The notes under the pieces were generated by a model. It did no database searches. It was not told the origin of the DNA and worked only from the letters and a program-made list of their open reading frames with translations. From IMG/VR virus record IMGVR_UViG_3300030059_001596, positions 1 to 59,567 of that record: a stretch of 59,567 nucleotides of DNA; one strand, given 5' to 3'. The DNA comes from a virus (Duplodnaviria > Caudoviricetes). Below are positions 16,578 to 25,856 of this stretch, piece by piece (positions within the stretch are counted from its first letter, which is position 1; every line of letters begins with the position of its first letter). The position numbers and the translations under genes were made by a program.

Positions 16578-16934
16578 ATGGCTTATAAAAATAAAGAAGA
16601 CCAAGCGGCATGTGCTAAAAGGTACTACGAGGATAATAAGGAAAGGATGAAGGCTGCCGCTAAGGAGCGTAATATCCTTACGAGAAAGAGAAATAGAAAG
16701 TATATAGCAAATATAAAAAGCCACGCGCAGTGTGTAGACTGCGGGGAGAAAAACCCTGTGGTCTTAGACTTCGATCATGTTCGGGGAGAGAAGCTTGGCG
16801 ACGTTTCTAATATGGTGAACCAGAGCTATTGTATAGAGGCTTTGGAGAAAGAAATAGACAAGTGTGAGATCAGGTGCTCCAACTGTCACCGCATCGTAAC
16901 ACATAAAAGAAGAATCAAATGCAAAGACCAATAG
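16578..16934 (+). CDS. HNH endonuclease-like protein
   Basis: CVDCG...LDFDHV...CEIRCSNCHR. Confidence 0.85.
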   Translation: MAYKNKEDQAACAKRYYEDNKERMKAAAKERNILTRKRNRKYIANIKSHAQCVDCGEKNPVVLDFDHVRGEKLGDVSNMVNQSYCIEALEKEIDKCEIRCSNCHRIVTHKRRIKCKDQ

Positions 16935-17239
16935 CTAAAGAATTAAATAAGTTTGCACAGGAGATAGCCAGGCGCTACTCATGTACAGATCGGGAGGGTA
17001 ATGTGAACAAGGAGGCTTTTCATGTCCAGGACGTAATCCCTATGTCGGACCATACGGCTGTCATAAACTTTGTTAAGAGCAATGGGAAGATAGGCGTAGC
17101 CTTCTGCTACTATATCAACAGGGGAGCATCCAAGGGATGGAAGTACTTCTTCCCCACCGACTCTCATGTCAGTGGGTTCCAAGCATTCTTTATATACAAG
17201 ACCGAAGCGGAGCGTAAGAACTACGACAAGAACTTTTAA
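16919..17239 (+). CDS. Hypothetical phage protein
   Basis: 106 aa; last + strand gene; stop overlaps the convergent late-gene stop (TTAA). Confidence 0.75.
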   Translation: MQRPIAKELNKFAQEIARRYSCTDREGNVNKEAFHVQDVIPMSDHTAVINFVKSNGKIGVAFCYYINRGASKGWKYFFPTDSHVSGFQAFFIYKTEAERKNYDKNF

Positions 17240-20200
17240 TCACGATTGTTACGTGCGTCTCGTTCTTTTTTCTTTTTTTCCTCCTCTAATTTTTTCTTGT
17301 CTACTATGGTTTGTCTTTCAGCATCCCTTTCTTCTCTCGTTTTAGGGGCTGACTGTGTGTCCCTTTCATTACCTTCTATTACGTAATCGCTGTAGTTAAG
17401 CAGTCTCAATATAACTTCTTGTGTGTCAGAAGCGCTGGATGCTTTCTCAATATTTTTATAGAAGCGAGTGATATTATACAGAGGTATTGCCCCTGCTAAA
17501 GCAAGCTCACCTATACGCGTAGTCATGCGTATGAAAGCTTCTTCTTTTTTCTCAGGATCTTTTAAACTATTCCACTTAAGGTACTGCTCATTGATCTCTC
17601 CAAACGCATCGAATACAGGTAGAGTCCCTACATCTTTTCCATAAATCCTTCCTGCTAACGTGTTAGATAGTCCTTGTAAGATATCTCCTATTATGAAGAG
17701 AGAGTTGAAGTTCCCTAATATAGCTGCCCTGGCTATATCTTTATTGTCTTCCTCGTCCCATCCCGCGAGACCCATACCTGCTGCTACAAACTGGAATCCC
17801 ACAGGCATCATCACATGGTACATCAAGAATTTATTTAAACCACCCGAAAACTGCTTAAGGTTTTTATCTCTAAACCCTCTACGCATATTGCGGAGCCCAG
17901 ACATTTCTTTTCTAAGGTACTGCTTCTGAGAAGTCTTAAACATATTAAGCGCTCTATTAAACGGAGAGCTTGACTGGAAGTAATCTTTATCTGTCACATC
18001 CATAGACTGCTGAGTAGACTTTGTGTCTGTCTCAAACTTACGCACTGCATACTCTATAGCTTCTTGGGGGGTAGCTTGCGGGTTCTCTCGCATAAACTCA
18101 GCCTTATAGTAGGAGTAGTTAGGCATACCTCCTAAGTATATAGCGGTTATATCACCCGCCTTTACAAATCCCATCATCAAGTTGGTAAAGAAACTCCCCG
18201 CTCCTTTAGTGAACACCCCTGACGCTGGGTCACTTCCGTCTAATCCTTTAGCGCTGTATGCTTCTATAGACTGACGTATATCTGTAGACAATCTATCTTG
18301 TAAGTATACAGAGTTCTCACGTATCTCGTTAAAGACTTTTAAAAACTCTGTTTTATTCTTAACTGCGTAGTAAAGGTAGTTACCCGCTCCAATATCTAAA
18401 GCGTATGTAGGTATAGAAGTCAACTGCTTGATAGCAATGTTAGGAGATATACCTAACCTTGTCGTCGCAAACAAGTTGTTCATAGAGTTAACGAAATCAT
18501 TACCTCTCTCTGTTTGTAACCCACGGTTAGCGATGTTCTTTATGGCATGGTCTATCATATCCATAGTCACCTCCCCCTTAGCATTGGTGATAGCCTTACG
18601 CATGAGTGGATTGGTGAAGAGTTTATTTATGTCCCTAATTGTAGGACCCACGTTAGCAAACCACTGCATGTCTTGAGAGTAAGTTACTAAAGCATTCATC
18701 ATATCTACAGGCATGATAGGCTTTGATCTCGCCTGTCTCATCTTAGTAGACGGTGCGGCTATTTGACTATTCGCTTGAGGCGATCTCCCTTTCTCTCCTA
18801 AAAGATCTAACGGTTGGATAACCTCTCCCTCTCTATACATTCTCCCTCCATAGTTTTCATTCCAAGGTAAATCCGTGCGGTATATATTTTTATATGCCTC
18901 ATTAATTTCAGGATACATAGAGGGGTAGAACTCATTCATCTGCCACTCAGCCATAGCTACCACATCTTCCCCTGCCCACTCCACCAACTCATCCATCGTC
19001 TTCTTATAGTCTTCCCCTAAAAGAGACTTCATATTCTCAAAGGCGGGCACGTTAGCTGGGTCTTTCCTCTGCATATACAGATACCCCACTTGGTTCTTAC
19101 TTAGAGTAATAGCTTTCTCTCCCTTTACTTTTTGTAAATTTTTCTTATTTTTTCTGGTCGGGTTAGCATCATACTGATCCTGTGCTTTTTTTACAGCTTC
19201 AGGGTTAGTGTATATCCCCTCTACTACTTGCTTAACAGAGTTGTCTTTATTTATTTTACGCCACTTCTTCCCATAGATCTCCTTCATCTTCCCACTCACC
19301 GCCTTCTTCGTCTCCATCATACGCTTCTTATATCCACGTATGCCTTCATTCAAACCTTCATACACCAGCTTACGGGCGTTACCCCCAAGCAATACCCCTG
19401 GAGCTTCGGCTATCCTTTCCATAAGCCCCTCTATCGTTTCTGACTTTACAAATATGTTCTTAGAGATTAAGCTTTTAATAAACTTCACCACCTTATTATC
19501 ATTGGCTTTCGTCGCTGCCTCACTACGCTTTAGGTCATCTGTAGCCTCGTTGATTTCGTTAACCACATCGGGATCATTAACATCTACATCCCTGCCCGTG
19601 ACATCTTTAAATACTTTTGCAAACTGCTCATTGTATTTAGCGTGAGCGGCTTGCAGTTCCTCTTTAAACATCTCTCTACCCTCACCTATAATCCCGCTTA
19701 ACATTTCTTCTGCCCTACTTAACGACTCCACCTTGATAACATTAGTGTCATCCATAAGTTTAGAGTTATTGATAGACATAACGATCATTAAGTCTACCAT
19801 ATCGTTTCTGTCTTGATCCGTCTGGTCTACCTTTTCCGACAGCGCGTTAAACATTTCATTAAGAGATTGATTACTCTTTACTATATCATCTGCCGTAGCC
19901 GCATCATCTGTTACCACTTCTTTTATAGCAGCCAGTCTCTTGCGTGTTTCGTTATCTATCTTGACCCCCTTCAACCTTCCCGACTGTACCACCTCATACT
20001 TCCCGTTGAGTATAGACTCTATCTTAGAGTCTAAAGCTTTTACCTGGCGCTTAGTTACTATATCTACCACCTCATCCATTAGGTTGGCTATATTTTTCTT
20101 GTCAGCTTTTGTTACCTTTCCTAATAGATTCATTAGCTCTGACTTAGAATAGGTCGACCCTTTAATCGTAGGCAAAGCCTGGCGTATAAAGTTTCTTAGG

Positions 20201-23200
20201 TCCCGCTTCACTGCTTGCAGATCCATCCCGCCTCTCCTTCTCTCCATCATCTTCTGCCTCATCTCTCTTATTCGAGTGTTCATCCCCTTGGTAGGGTTCA
20301 CTCCTAAAGCTTTTTGCATATCGATAATCATCTGAGTCTGCTGGTCTGTCTCCTGCTTCCTCTTCCCACTCTCGGCTATATACTCTGGCTGCTTCTCTAA
20401 GAACTCTATCGTCTGGTCCATTATCTCTCTATCTGAAATCCTGTTACCTTCTTTCCTTTTATTGTTCTTGGCATTCAACTTATTCATAAACTTCTCTACC
20501 CGCGCAAAGAGTTTCACCCCTACCCTGGCACCACCTTCTATATTCCCAAAACTTACAGGCATCTGACGGAACATATCCGCATCGATAGCCATCATCTTAT
20601 TCACCTCCTTCACCTTTTCCTTCTTCACTCTCACGAGGTAGTCCTTAATCATTGCGTCGGTGAAGTTATTCTCCCTTCCGAACTTAATGATATCCTCAGT
20701 AGTATTCGTTGGGTTGAAGACCTGTGTCTTCGTTTGCGACTGTAGAGGGTTTATCTTTCCTCGACTTCCGCTGAAGTAGTACCCCCCTCCTTTTGCTTTC
20801 TTTACTGTTATCCCCAGCTTCTTTGCCGCAGTCTGTAGTGGACCTAAGTTTATATTGTTAGGCATGAATCCACTCCACTCACTCATGTTATTCCTTCTCG
20901 CTAAGTCTTTTATTTTCGAAGCACGATCATCGATGGCCTGGGTCTTTATACCTTCAGTCTGCCCTTGGAACTTTCCCTCTACTACAGACACGTTACGTAC
21001 TGCGTATGGCTTACCTGACTTCTGCACTAAAGCTTTTCCTCCAGCCTCTCTGTTTTTAGGAAGGTGTAGGATAGGTTTACTCCCATCCTTTAACTTTACA
21101 TGCCATGGGTAGCTCTTGTGATCTCCTTTTACAACCTCTACTTCTCCGTCTACTTCTATAACAGCATATACATCTCCTGTCTTTAATCCTTTAGTCAACT
21201 TCTCCGCAGCAACTCCCGCCACTAAATCTACTAAGCTCTGAGATTTAGGAGTTTTGGTAGCCCCTACACTTTTGCTTGGATCTCCACCTAAGAACTGAAC
21301 CACTTTAGGGCGCGACTCTTTTGGTAAAGACTTAGCTATTTCTCCGACTATAGCCTCTACTATATTACCTCTCTTTTCAAAAGTCGTAGTCGAAGGGTCT
21401 GAGAAATACTCGTTTACATCGGCCTTTAATTTTTTAGAACTCCCACGTAAATCAATCTCTCCACCCGCTCTCTTCACCGCCGAAGAAACCGCGGCTCTAA
21501 AGTTAGACGGAGAAACCAATCCCTCGTCCAACATAGAATCTAATATAGCTAAGGTAGAGTTTACTCCTGCAGCGCTACTTACTAATTTCTTATCGGCGCC
21601 TTTCGTTAAAGTGAGGTATCCTTTCCCTTTATTTTCTTTTGACGCTCGGTTAATACCCCTTGCTATCTGCTCCGCTGTTGATTTCTTTCCCGCCGCCCAG
21701 ACTTCACCATATTTAGTTACGAAGAACACACCGCCCCCCCCTTCAAATATAGGTTTACCGTTTAAACTTATCTCTCCCACGAGCATATCGTCTGGAGAAG
21801 TAATAACTGTGTCGTTACCTTTCAAGAAAGAAACATCATCAGGCTCCGTAATAAGCCCTTCTTTAATCATCTGAGCTACCTTCTCCTGCTGAGTATATGA
21901 CACTTCAAAAGCTCCTATAGCCTGTGTCTTTAATGCGCTGGCTGGTTCACTCACTTTCTGTCCTCCCTCTATCTCTGTAACAGCCTGCGTCTTTACTCCG
22001 TCCGACTCCACCAACTTAATAAGCATACCCGCTGGCCCTGAGTTTAAATTCGATAAGGCTTGCGAAGGAGCAAACGTTTCCTTACCTGTGCCCTGCTTCT
22101 TTCCGTAATCCCAAGAATTAGGATCTCTTTTTTGCAGTGCGTTTATTGCAGACGCTATATTTTGTGGAACAATACCTCCCATACCTGTATCAACAGTGTG
22201 ACCGTCATTAAGCTTATTTATGAATTTAGAAAATACCTCGTTGTTGTTAACGTTTTTATATTCCCCTCCTAAATAATCTGCTTTGAGTACCGTAAATCCT
22301 ACCCCCCATTTTGTCCCTGGGAGATCTTGAACCATTACCTCCACAAATTTTTTCTCTCCCATGTCCTCTCTTAAGACCTCGTGGCTTGGGGTAATTTCAA
22401 AAGTAAACTTCTGTCCAACCAAATCATTAATGTTCTTTCCCTGTAAACTTGGTGAAGTTCTTGCTGCCATTTCAGCATCACGCGCTCCAGGCTTATCGCT
22501 ATTGTTGTATTGGGCTACGTTCTCTGGATCAATTGCTGTGTCTGACACAACAGGCTTGGACTCCGCCTGCGGTGTTGGCGCAGACTCTCTTGCAGGCGTA
22601 GGTTTTCTTACAGGTGCAGGTTTGTCTACAATTTTTCTACCTATCGCCCCATCAAAAGTTTCAATAACCCCGTCATCTTCCAGCTGGTCAATCACTTGCC
22701 CCCCTTCTTTATAGTTTAACCCGAACTTTTTTCGTATCTGTGATAAAGTTATTCTCTTTTCTTTAAGCTTTGAAACAAAGTCTTTTACTTTTTGAAGGAC
22801 AGCTTTAGCTTTTGGTTCAAGAACTTGTCGCTCTGTAAACTGCGCATCACGCTCAGCTTGAACCCTCTCTTCTGTCCCCAGAATAGCCACATCCGTCTCT
22901 GTAATCTCCTGACCTTCAGTTACTTTCTCAGCTATTGTGTTTAGTAAATCTACTACATCACGATCTGCCTGAGCCAAGACCTCTTGCGGAGAGAAGCCAA
23001 AGATCTGAGCTATCTTAGCTAACCATTGCTTAACAGCAGTTTGCTGAGGAACCTCTAACTTAGAATACGTCTGAGATAAAAACCCTACAAACTCCGCTAA
23101 GAACTCTTCGTCCTGTACGATGGCTTTGTCTCCATCAAATATCTGAGCATACTTTTCTAATTCTAACACCTGATCTGGCGTTAGGTTGGTGCTTTTATCT

Positions 23201-25842
23201 ATCCCTTCTCTTAGAGATTTAATCAAAGCTTTGGTAGCAACCTGGATATTTGCCTCACTTCCAAACCTATCCTTTAAGATAGCGTGGAATACTTCGTGAC
23301 CTATAGTTCTGCCCGTAGCTTTGGGCATATTTATATGTATAGTATTTGTGTTAGGATTGAAACCTCCACGAGTATCCTGCACCTCTCCTGTATTAGGATC
23401 TATAGGTGCAACATGGTCTTTGTAAGTCACATCGCTCCTATGCATAACTATCTTTAGCTTCGGGAACAACCTCTTCACAGACTTTAAAGCTTTATCAACT
23501 CTTTCCATCAACATCTCTTCATGTTGCTGAGGAGTTTCATTAGGGTTCTCTCTACTGAAATTTTCCGATCCGTAATGCGAATCTGTTTCCGTCTGATCTA
23601 CTACCGTAAGGTTTTCGTTTACCTCTACACCAGGTTGCGCTGGAGCCATAACAGGGTCCCCTGCTTCATCAATATCTGACACCACTTCTACGGAAGTTTC
23701 TTCCGCGCCCTCCGTTACATTACGACCACGAGTTCCGTCGCCTAAGTTTACAGGGCTATCGGTTAGCCCCGCTAAAAGATCCTCAAGGTCTGCTGCACCT
23801 TGCTCTATTTCCTCCTGCGTTGCCTCTGCAGAAACTTCGGCTTCGCCTTCACTTTCAACGGCAACTCCCCCGGTGGCGTCTCCATCTCCCACAGCTGAGC
23901 CATCTTCGGTTTGTTCTTGTACATCCACTTCCGTTGCGCTTGACTCTTGAATGGCATCTTGTTTTTCTTTTAGTAGTTCTTGTCTTACTGATTCTATTTC
24001 TTCTGATGTTGTAATATCTCCCGATCTTCCATCCTCCTCTTGACGCCTTCCTATCTCATTAAAAACCTCCGCCTCTGTCACCTCTACAACAGTATCTACT
24101 GCAGGCTCTTGTCTCCTACTGTATATCTCATCCAGCTTCGCCTCTATGTCTTTCTTTCTATTCTTCTTCGCTCGAGTTAAACCGCCGCTTACCTTATCTA
24201 ACTCTGTCTCTAACTCAATAGCCGCTTCAGCATCTTCTACCGAGAGACCCTCTAAATCTTCACCAAGCTGTTCCATCTTGGCTTTCTTCTGCTTTAAAAC
24301 ATCCTTCCTATCCTCCGCCATTCCCTTCAATACCTCATCTCCTTTTATCTTTAACTTCATCCCAGCAAACGTAGCATCATCGGTCTCCTCGATAATCTTT
24401 ACCATCTGCTCAAACGTTACAGGAGCGTTATCGGGACCCATAGTATACTTACCGCTTCCTGCCATATTACGTAGCATAGTAATAGCAGACCCAGGTCCAC
24501 CACCTACTATCTCAAACCCTATCTCTGCCGCATCCATCTCTTGCCCTACCAGAGCTCTGGCTGCCGCCTCCCCTACACCGCCACCCAAACCTTCTACCAC
24601 TGTAGACGCTGCTGTTGCTGCTAAGTTCGCTCTTTTTGCTGTCTTCCCTGCTTTTATTGCTGCCCCTCCTACCCCTTTAAAAACTTTACTTGCAACACCC
24701 GCAGTTATCCCATCTATAATTCCTATTGCTGCCCCTCTTCCTGCCGACCTGGTGCGTATATTAAACATAGCATCCTCATCCTGTAGTATCTTACCTACGT
24801 TTTTCTCGTTAAATTCTAACCCCCTTTCAGAAAGTTCTTCTTGAAGAAACTCCGAGAAAGAAAGACCCGCCTCTAACGTAGCTCCCGCACCACCTAAAGC
24901 TCCCGCTATAGCACCACCTGCTGTAGTAAATACACCCAGTGGTCCCGCGCTAAAACCCGTCGACCCTACCGCTGCTCCACCCGCCGCTCCAACTCCAGCT
25001 CCCGCGGCTACTGCAGGGTTTACCATCTGAGCTACACTCGTTACGGCTATCTCTGTAATTGAAGTAGGCGCTGCCATAATTCCTTTTATAAAACCCCATG
25101 CTCCTCCCCCCGCTGCACTATAAGCTTTGTTAAAAGCTTTCATTTCGTCCGAAGGACCTGTTGCGCTTAACTGCTCATTTACTCTTACAAAATCTGCTAT
25201 ATCTTGTTTAGAAGCCGACGCCCCTTTAAGGGATAATTCTAAAGCTTCGTCTACAGTATTACCTGTTTCATATCCTTTCGCTCCGGCTCTCCATAGGTCT
25301 CCAAAGAAATCCGTTACCTCATTCTTTCCTACTACTCTTTCAAGCATGGTATCTTTCTCTCCTGTCATTATAGGAGGCAGCCCTTCATCACGACGCTTCC
25401 TGTTTTTTGCTGCTATATCTCTGTCTGATTCCTCTATAGCCCCCTGCTGTCCTCTACGTCTCCGTCCTGCTTCGAACTGTGTTACATCATCTCCTCCAAA
25501 CTCATCTGGCACCTGACCTATTATGGTCTCCAGGTCTCCCTCTAACGCAGCGTCAACTTCTTCCTGAGAAATATCCGAAGATCCAGGATCTTGGACCATT
25601 GGAGTATCGGATTCCAACTGCTCTTCTGGAGAAGTAAGTTGAGAATCGTCTTTTTTTTTTAAGCCATAAGCCGCCTCGAAATCTTCAAGGGTGTCCACGT
25701 TATATGTAGGCTTTACAACCTCTTCAAAAAATAGACCACGCTTCCTCTCATCTGAAAGGTACGCTGTAAATTCCTCAATCGTTCCCACCTCGTAGTCACG
25801 AGATACAGCTTCCCAAAGCTGTTTAATTGCCTCTGTATTCAT
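17236..25842 (-). CDS. Giant internal virion/ejection polyvalent protein (2868 aa)
   Basis: Last gene of the late module; Gly/Ala hydrophobic N-region, zincin motif GHEVFH...DEEFLAE, FtsK-gamma-like segment, helical C-terminal region. Confidence 0.75.
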   Translation of the reverse strand: MNTEAIKQLWEAVSRDYEVGTIEEFTAYLSDERKRGLFFEEVVKPTYNVDTLEDFEAAYGLKKKDDSQLTSPEEQLESDTPMVQDPGSSDISQEEVDAALEGDLETIIGQVPDEFGGDDVTQFEAGRRRRGQQGAIEESDRDIAAKNRKRRDEGLPPIMTGEKDTMLERVVGKNEVTDFFGDLWRAGAKGYETGNTVDEALELSLKGASASKQDIADFVRVNEQLSATGPSDEMKAFNKAYSAAGGGAWGFIKGIMAAPTSITEIAVTSVAQMVNPAVAAGAGVGAAGGAAVGSTGFSAGPLGVFTTAGGAIAGALGGAGATLEAGLSFSEFLQEELSERGLEFNEKNVGKILQDEDAMFNIRTRSAGRGAAIGIIDGITAGVASKVFKGVGGAAIKAGKTAKRANLAATAASTVVEGLGGGVGEAAARALVGQEMDAAEIGFEIVGGGPGSAITMLRNMAGSGKYTMGPDNAPVTFEQMVKIIEETDDATFAGMKLKIKGDEVLKGMAEDRKDVLKQKKAKMEQLGEDLEGLSVEDAEAAIELETELDKVSGGLTRAKKNRKKDIEAKLDEIYSRRQEPAVDTVVEVTEAEVFNEIGRRQEEDGRSGDITTSEEIESVRQELLKEKQDAIQESSATEVDVQEQTEDGSAVGDGDATGGVAVESEGEAEVSAEATQEEIEQGAADLEDLLAGLTDSPVNLGDGTRGRNVTEGAEETSVEVVSDIDEAGDPVMAPAQPGVEVNENLTVVDQTETDSHYGSENFSRENPNETPQQHEEMLMERVDKALKSVKRLFPKLKIVMHRSDVTYKDHVAPIDPNTGEVQDTRGGFNPNTNTIHINMPKATGRTIGHEVFHAILKDRFGSEANIQVATKALIKSLREGIDKSTNLTPDQVLELEKYAQIFDGDKAIVQDEEFLAEFVGFLSQTYSKLEVPQQTAVKQWLAKIAQIFGFSPQEVLAQADRDVVDLLNTIAEKVTEGQEITETDVAILGTEERVQAERDAQFTERQVLEPKAKAVLQKVKDFVSKLKEKRITLSQIRKKFGLNYKEGGQVIDQLEDDGVIETFDGAIGRKIVDKPAPVRKPTPARESAPTPQAESKPVVSDTAIDPENVAQYNNSDKPGARDAEMAARTSPSLQGKNINDLVGQKFTFEITPSHEVLREDMGEKKFVEVMVQDLPGTKWGVGFTVLKADYLGGEYKNVNNNEVFSKFINKLNDGHTVDTGMGGIVPQNIASAINALQKRDPNSWDYGKKQGTGKETFAPSQALSNLNSGPAGMLIKLVESDGVKTQAVTEIEGGQKVSEPASALKTQAIGAFEVSYTQQEKVAQMIKEGLITEPDDVSFLKGNDTVITSPDDMLVGEISLNGKPIFEGGGGVFFVTKYGEVWAAGKKSTAEQIARGINRASKENKGKGYLTLTKGADKKLVSSAAGVNSTLAILDSMLDEGLVSPSNFRAAVSSAVKRAGGEIDLRGSSKKLKADVNEYFSDPSTTTFEKRGNIVEAIVGEIAKSLPKESRPKVVQFLGGDPSKSVGATKTPKSQSLVDLVAGVAAEKLTKGLKTGDVYAVIEVDGEVEVVKGDHKSYPWHVKLKDGSKPILHLPKNREAGGKALVQKSGKPYAVRNVSVVEGKFQGQTEGIKTQAIDDRASKIKDLARRNNMSEWSGFMPNNINLGPLQTAAKKLGITVKKAKGGGYYFSGSRGKINPLQSQTKTQVFNPTNTTEDIIKFGRENNFTDAMIKDYLVRVKKEKVKEVNKMMAIDADMFRQMPVSFGNIEGGARVGVKLFARVEKFMNKLNAKNNKRKEGNRISDREIMDQTIEFLEKQPEYIAESGKRKQETDQQTQMIIDMQKALGVNPTKGMNTRIREMRQKMMERRRGGMDLQAVKRDLRNFIRQALPTIKGSTYSKSELMNLLGKVTKADKKNIANLMDEVVDIVTKRQVKALDSKIESILNGKYEVVQSGRLKGVKIDNETRKRLAAIKEVVTDDAATADDIVKSNQSLNEMFNALSEKVDQTDQDRNDMVDLMIVMSINNSKLMDDTNVIKVESLSRAEEMLSGIIGEGREMFKEELQAAHAKYNEQFAKVFKDVTGRDVDVNDPDVVNEINEATDDLKRSEAATKANDNKVVKFIKSLISKNIFVKSETIEGLMERIAEAPGVLLGGNARKLVYEGLNEGIRGYKKRMMETKKAVSGKMKEIYGKKWRKINKDNSVKQVVEGIYTNPEAVKKAQDQYDANPTRKNKKNLQKVKGEKAITLSKNQVGYLYMQRKDPANVPAFENMKSLLGEDYKKTMDELVEWAGEDVVAMAEWQMNEFYPSMYPEINEAYKNIYRTDLPWNENYGGRMYREGEVIQPLDLLGEKGRSPQANSQIAAPSTKMRQARSKPIMPVDMMNALVTYSQDMQWFANVGPTIRDINKLFTNPLMRKAITNAKGEVTMDMIDHAIKNIANRGLQTERGNDFVNSMNNLFATTRLGISPNIAIKQLTSIPTYALDIGAGNYLYYAVKNKTEFLKVFNEIRENSVYLQDRLSTDIRQSIEAYSAKGLDGSDPASGVFTKGAGSFFTNLMMGFVKAGDITAIYLGGMPNYSYYKAEFMRENPQATPQEAIEYAVRKFETDTKSTQQSMDVTDKDYFQSSSPFNRALNMFKTSQKQYLRKEMSGLRNMRRGFRDKNLKQFSGGLNKFLMYHVMMPVGFQFVAAGMGLAGWDEEDNKDIARAAILGNFNSLFIIGDILQGLSNTLAGRIYGKDVGTLPVFDAFGEINEQYLKWNSLKDPEKKEEAFIRMTTRIGELALAGAIPLYNITRFYKNIEKASSASDTQEVILRLLNYSDYVIEGNERDTQSAPKTREERDAERQTIVDKKKLEEEKKKKERDARNNRD

Positions 25843-25856
25843 GTCCTAAATTGTTG

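Noticed and set aside
17236-25842. Giant protein as a crAss- or N4-like virion RNA polymerase
   Set aside because: I found no DxDxD/DFDID catalytic motif or T7-like polymerase motifs, and host-type promoters precede the early genes.
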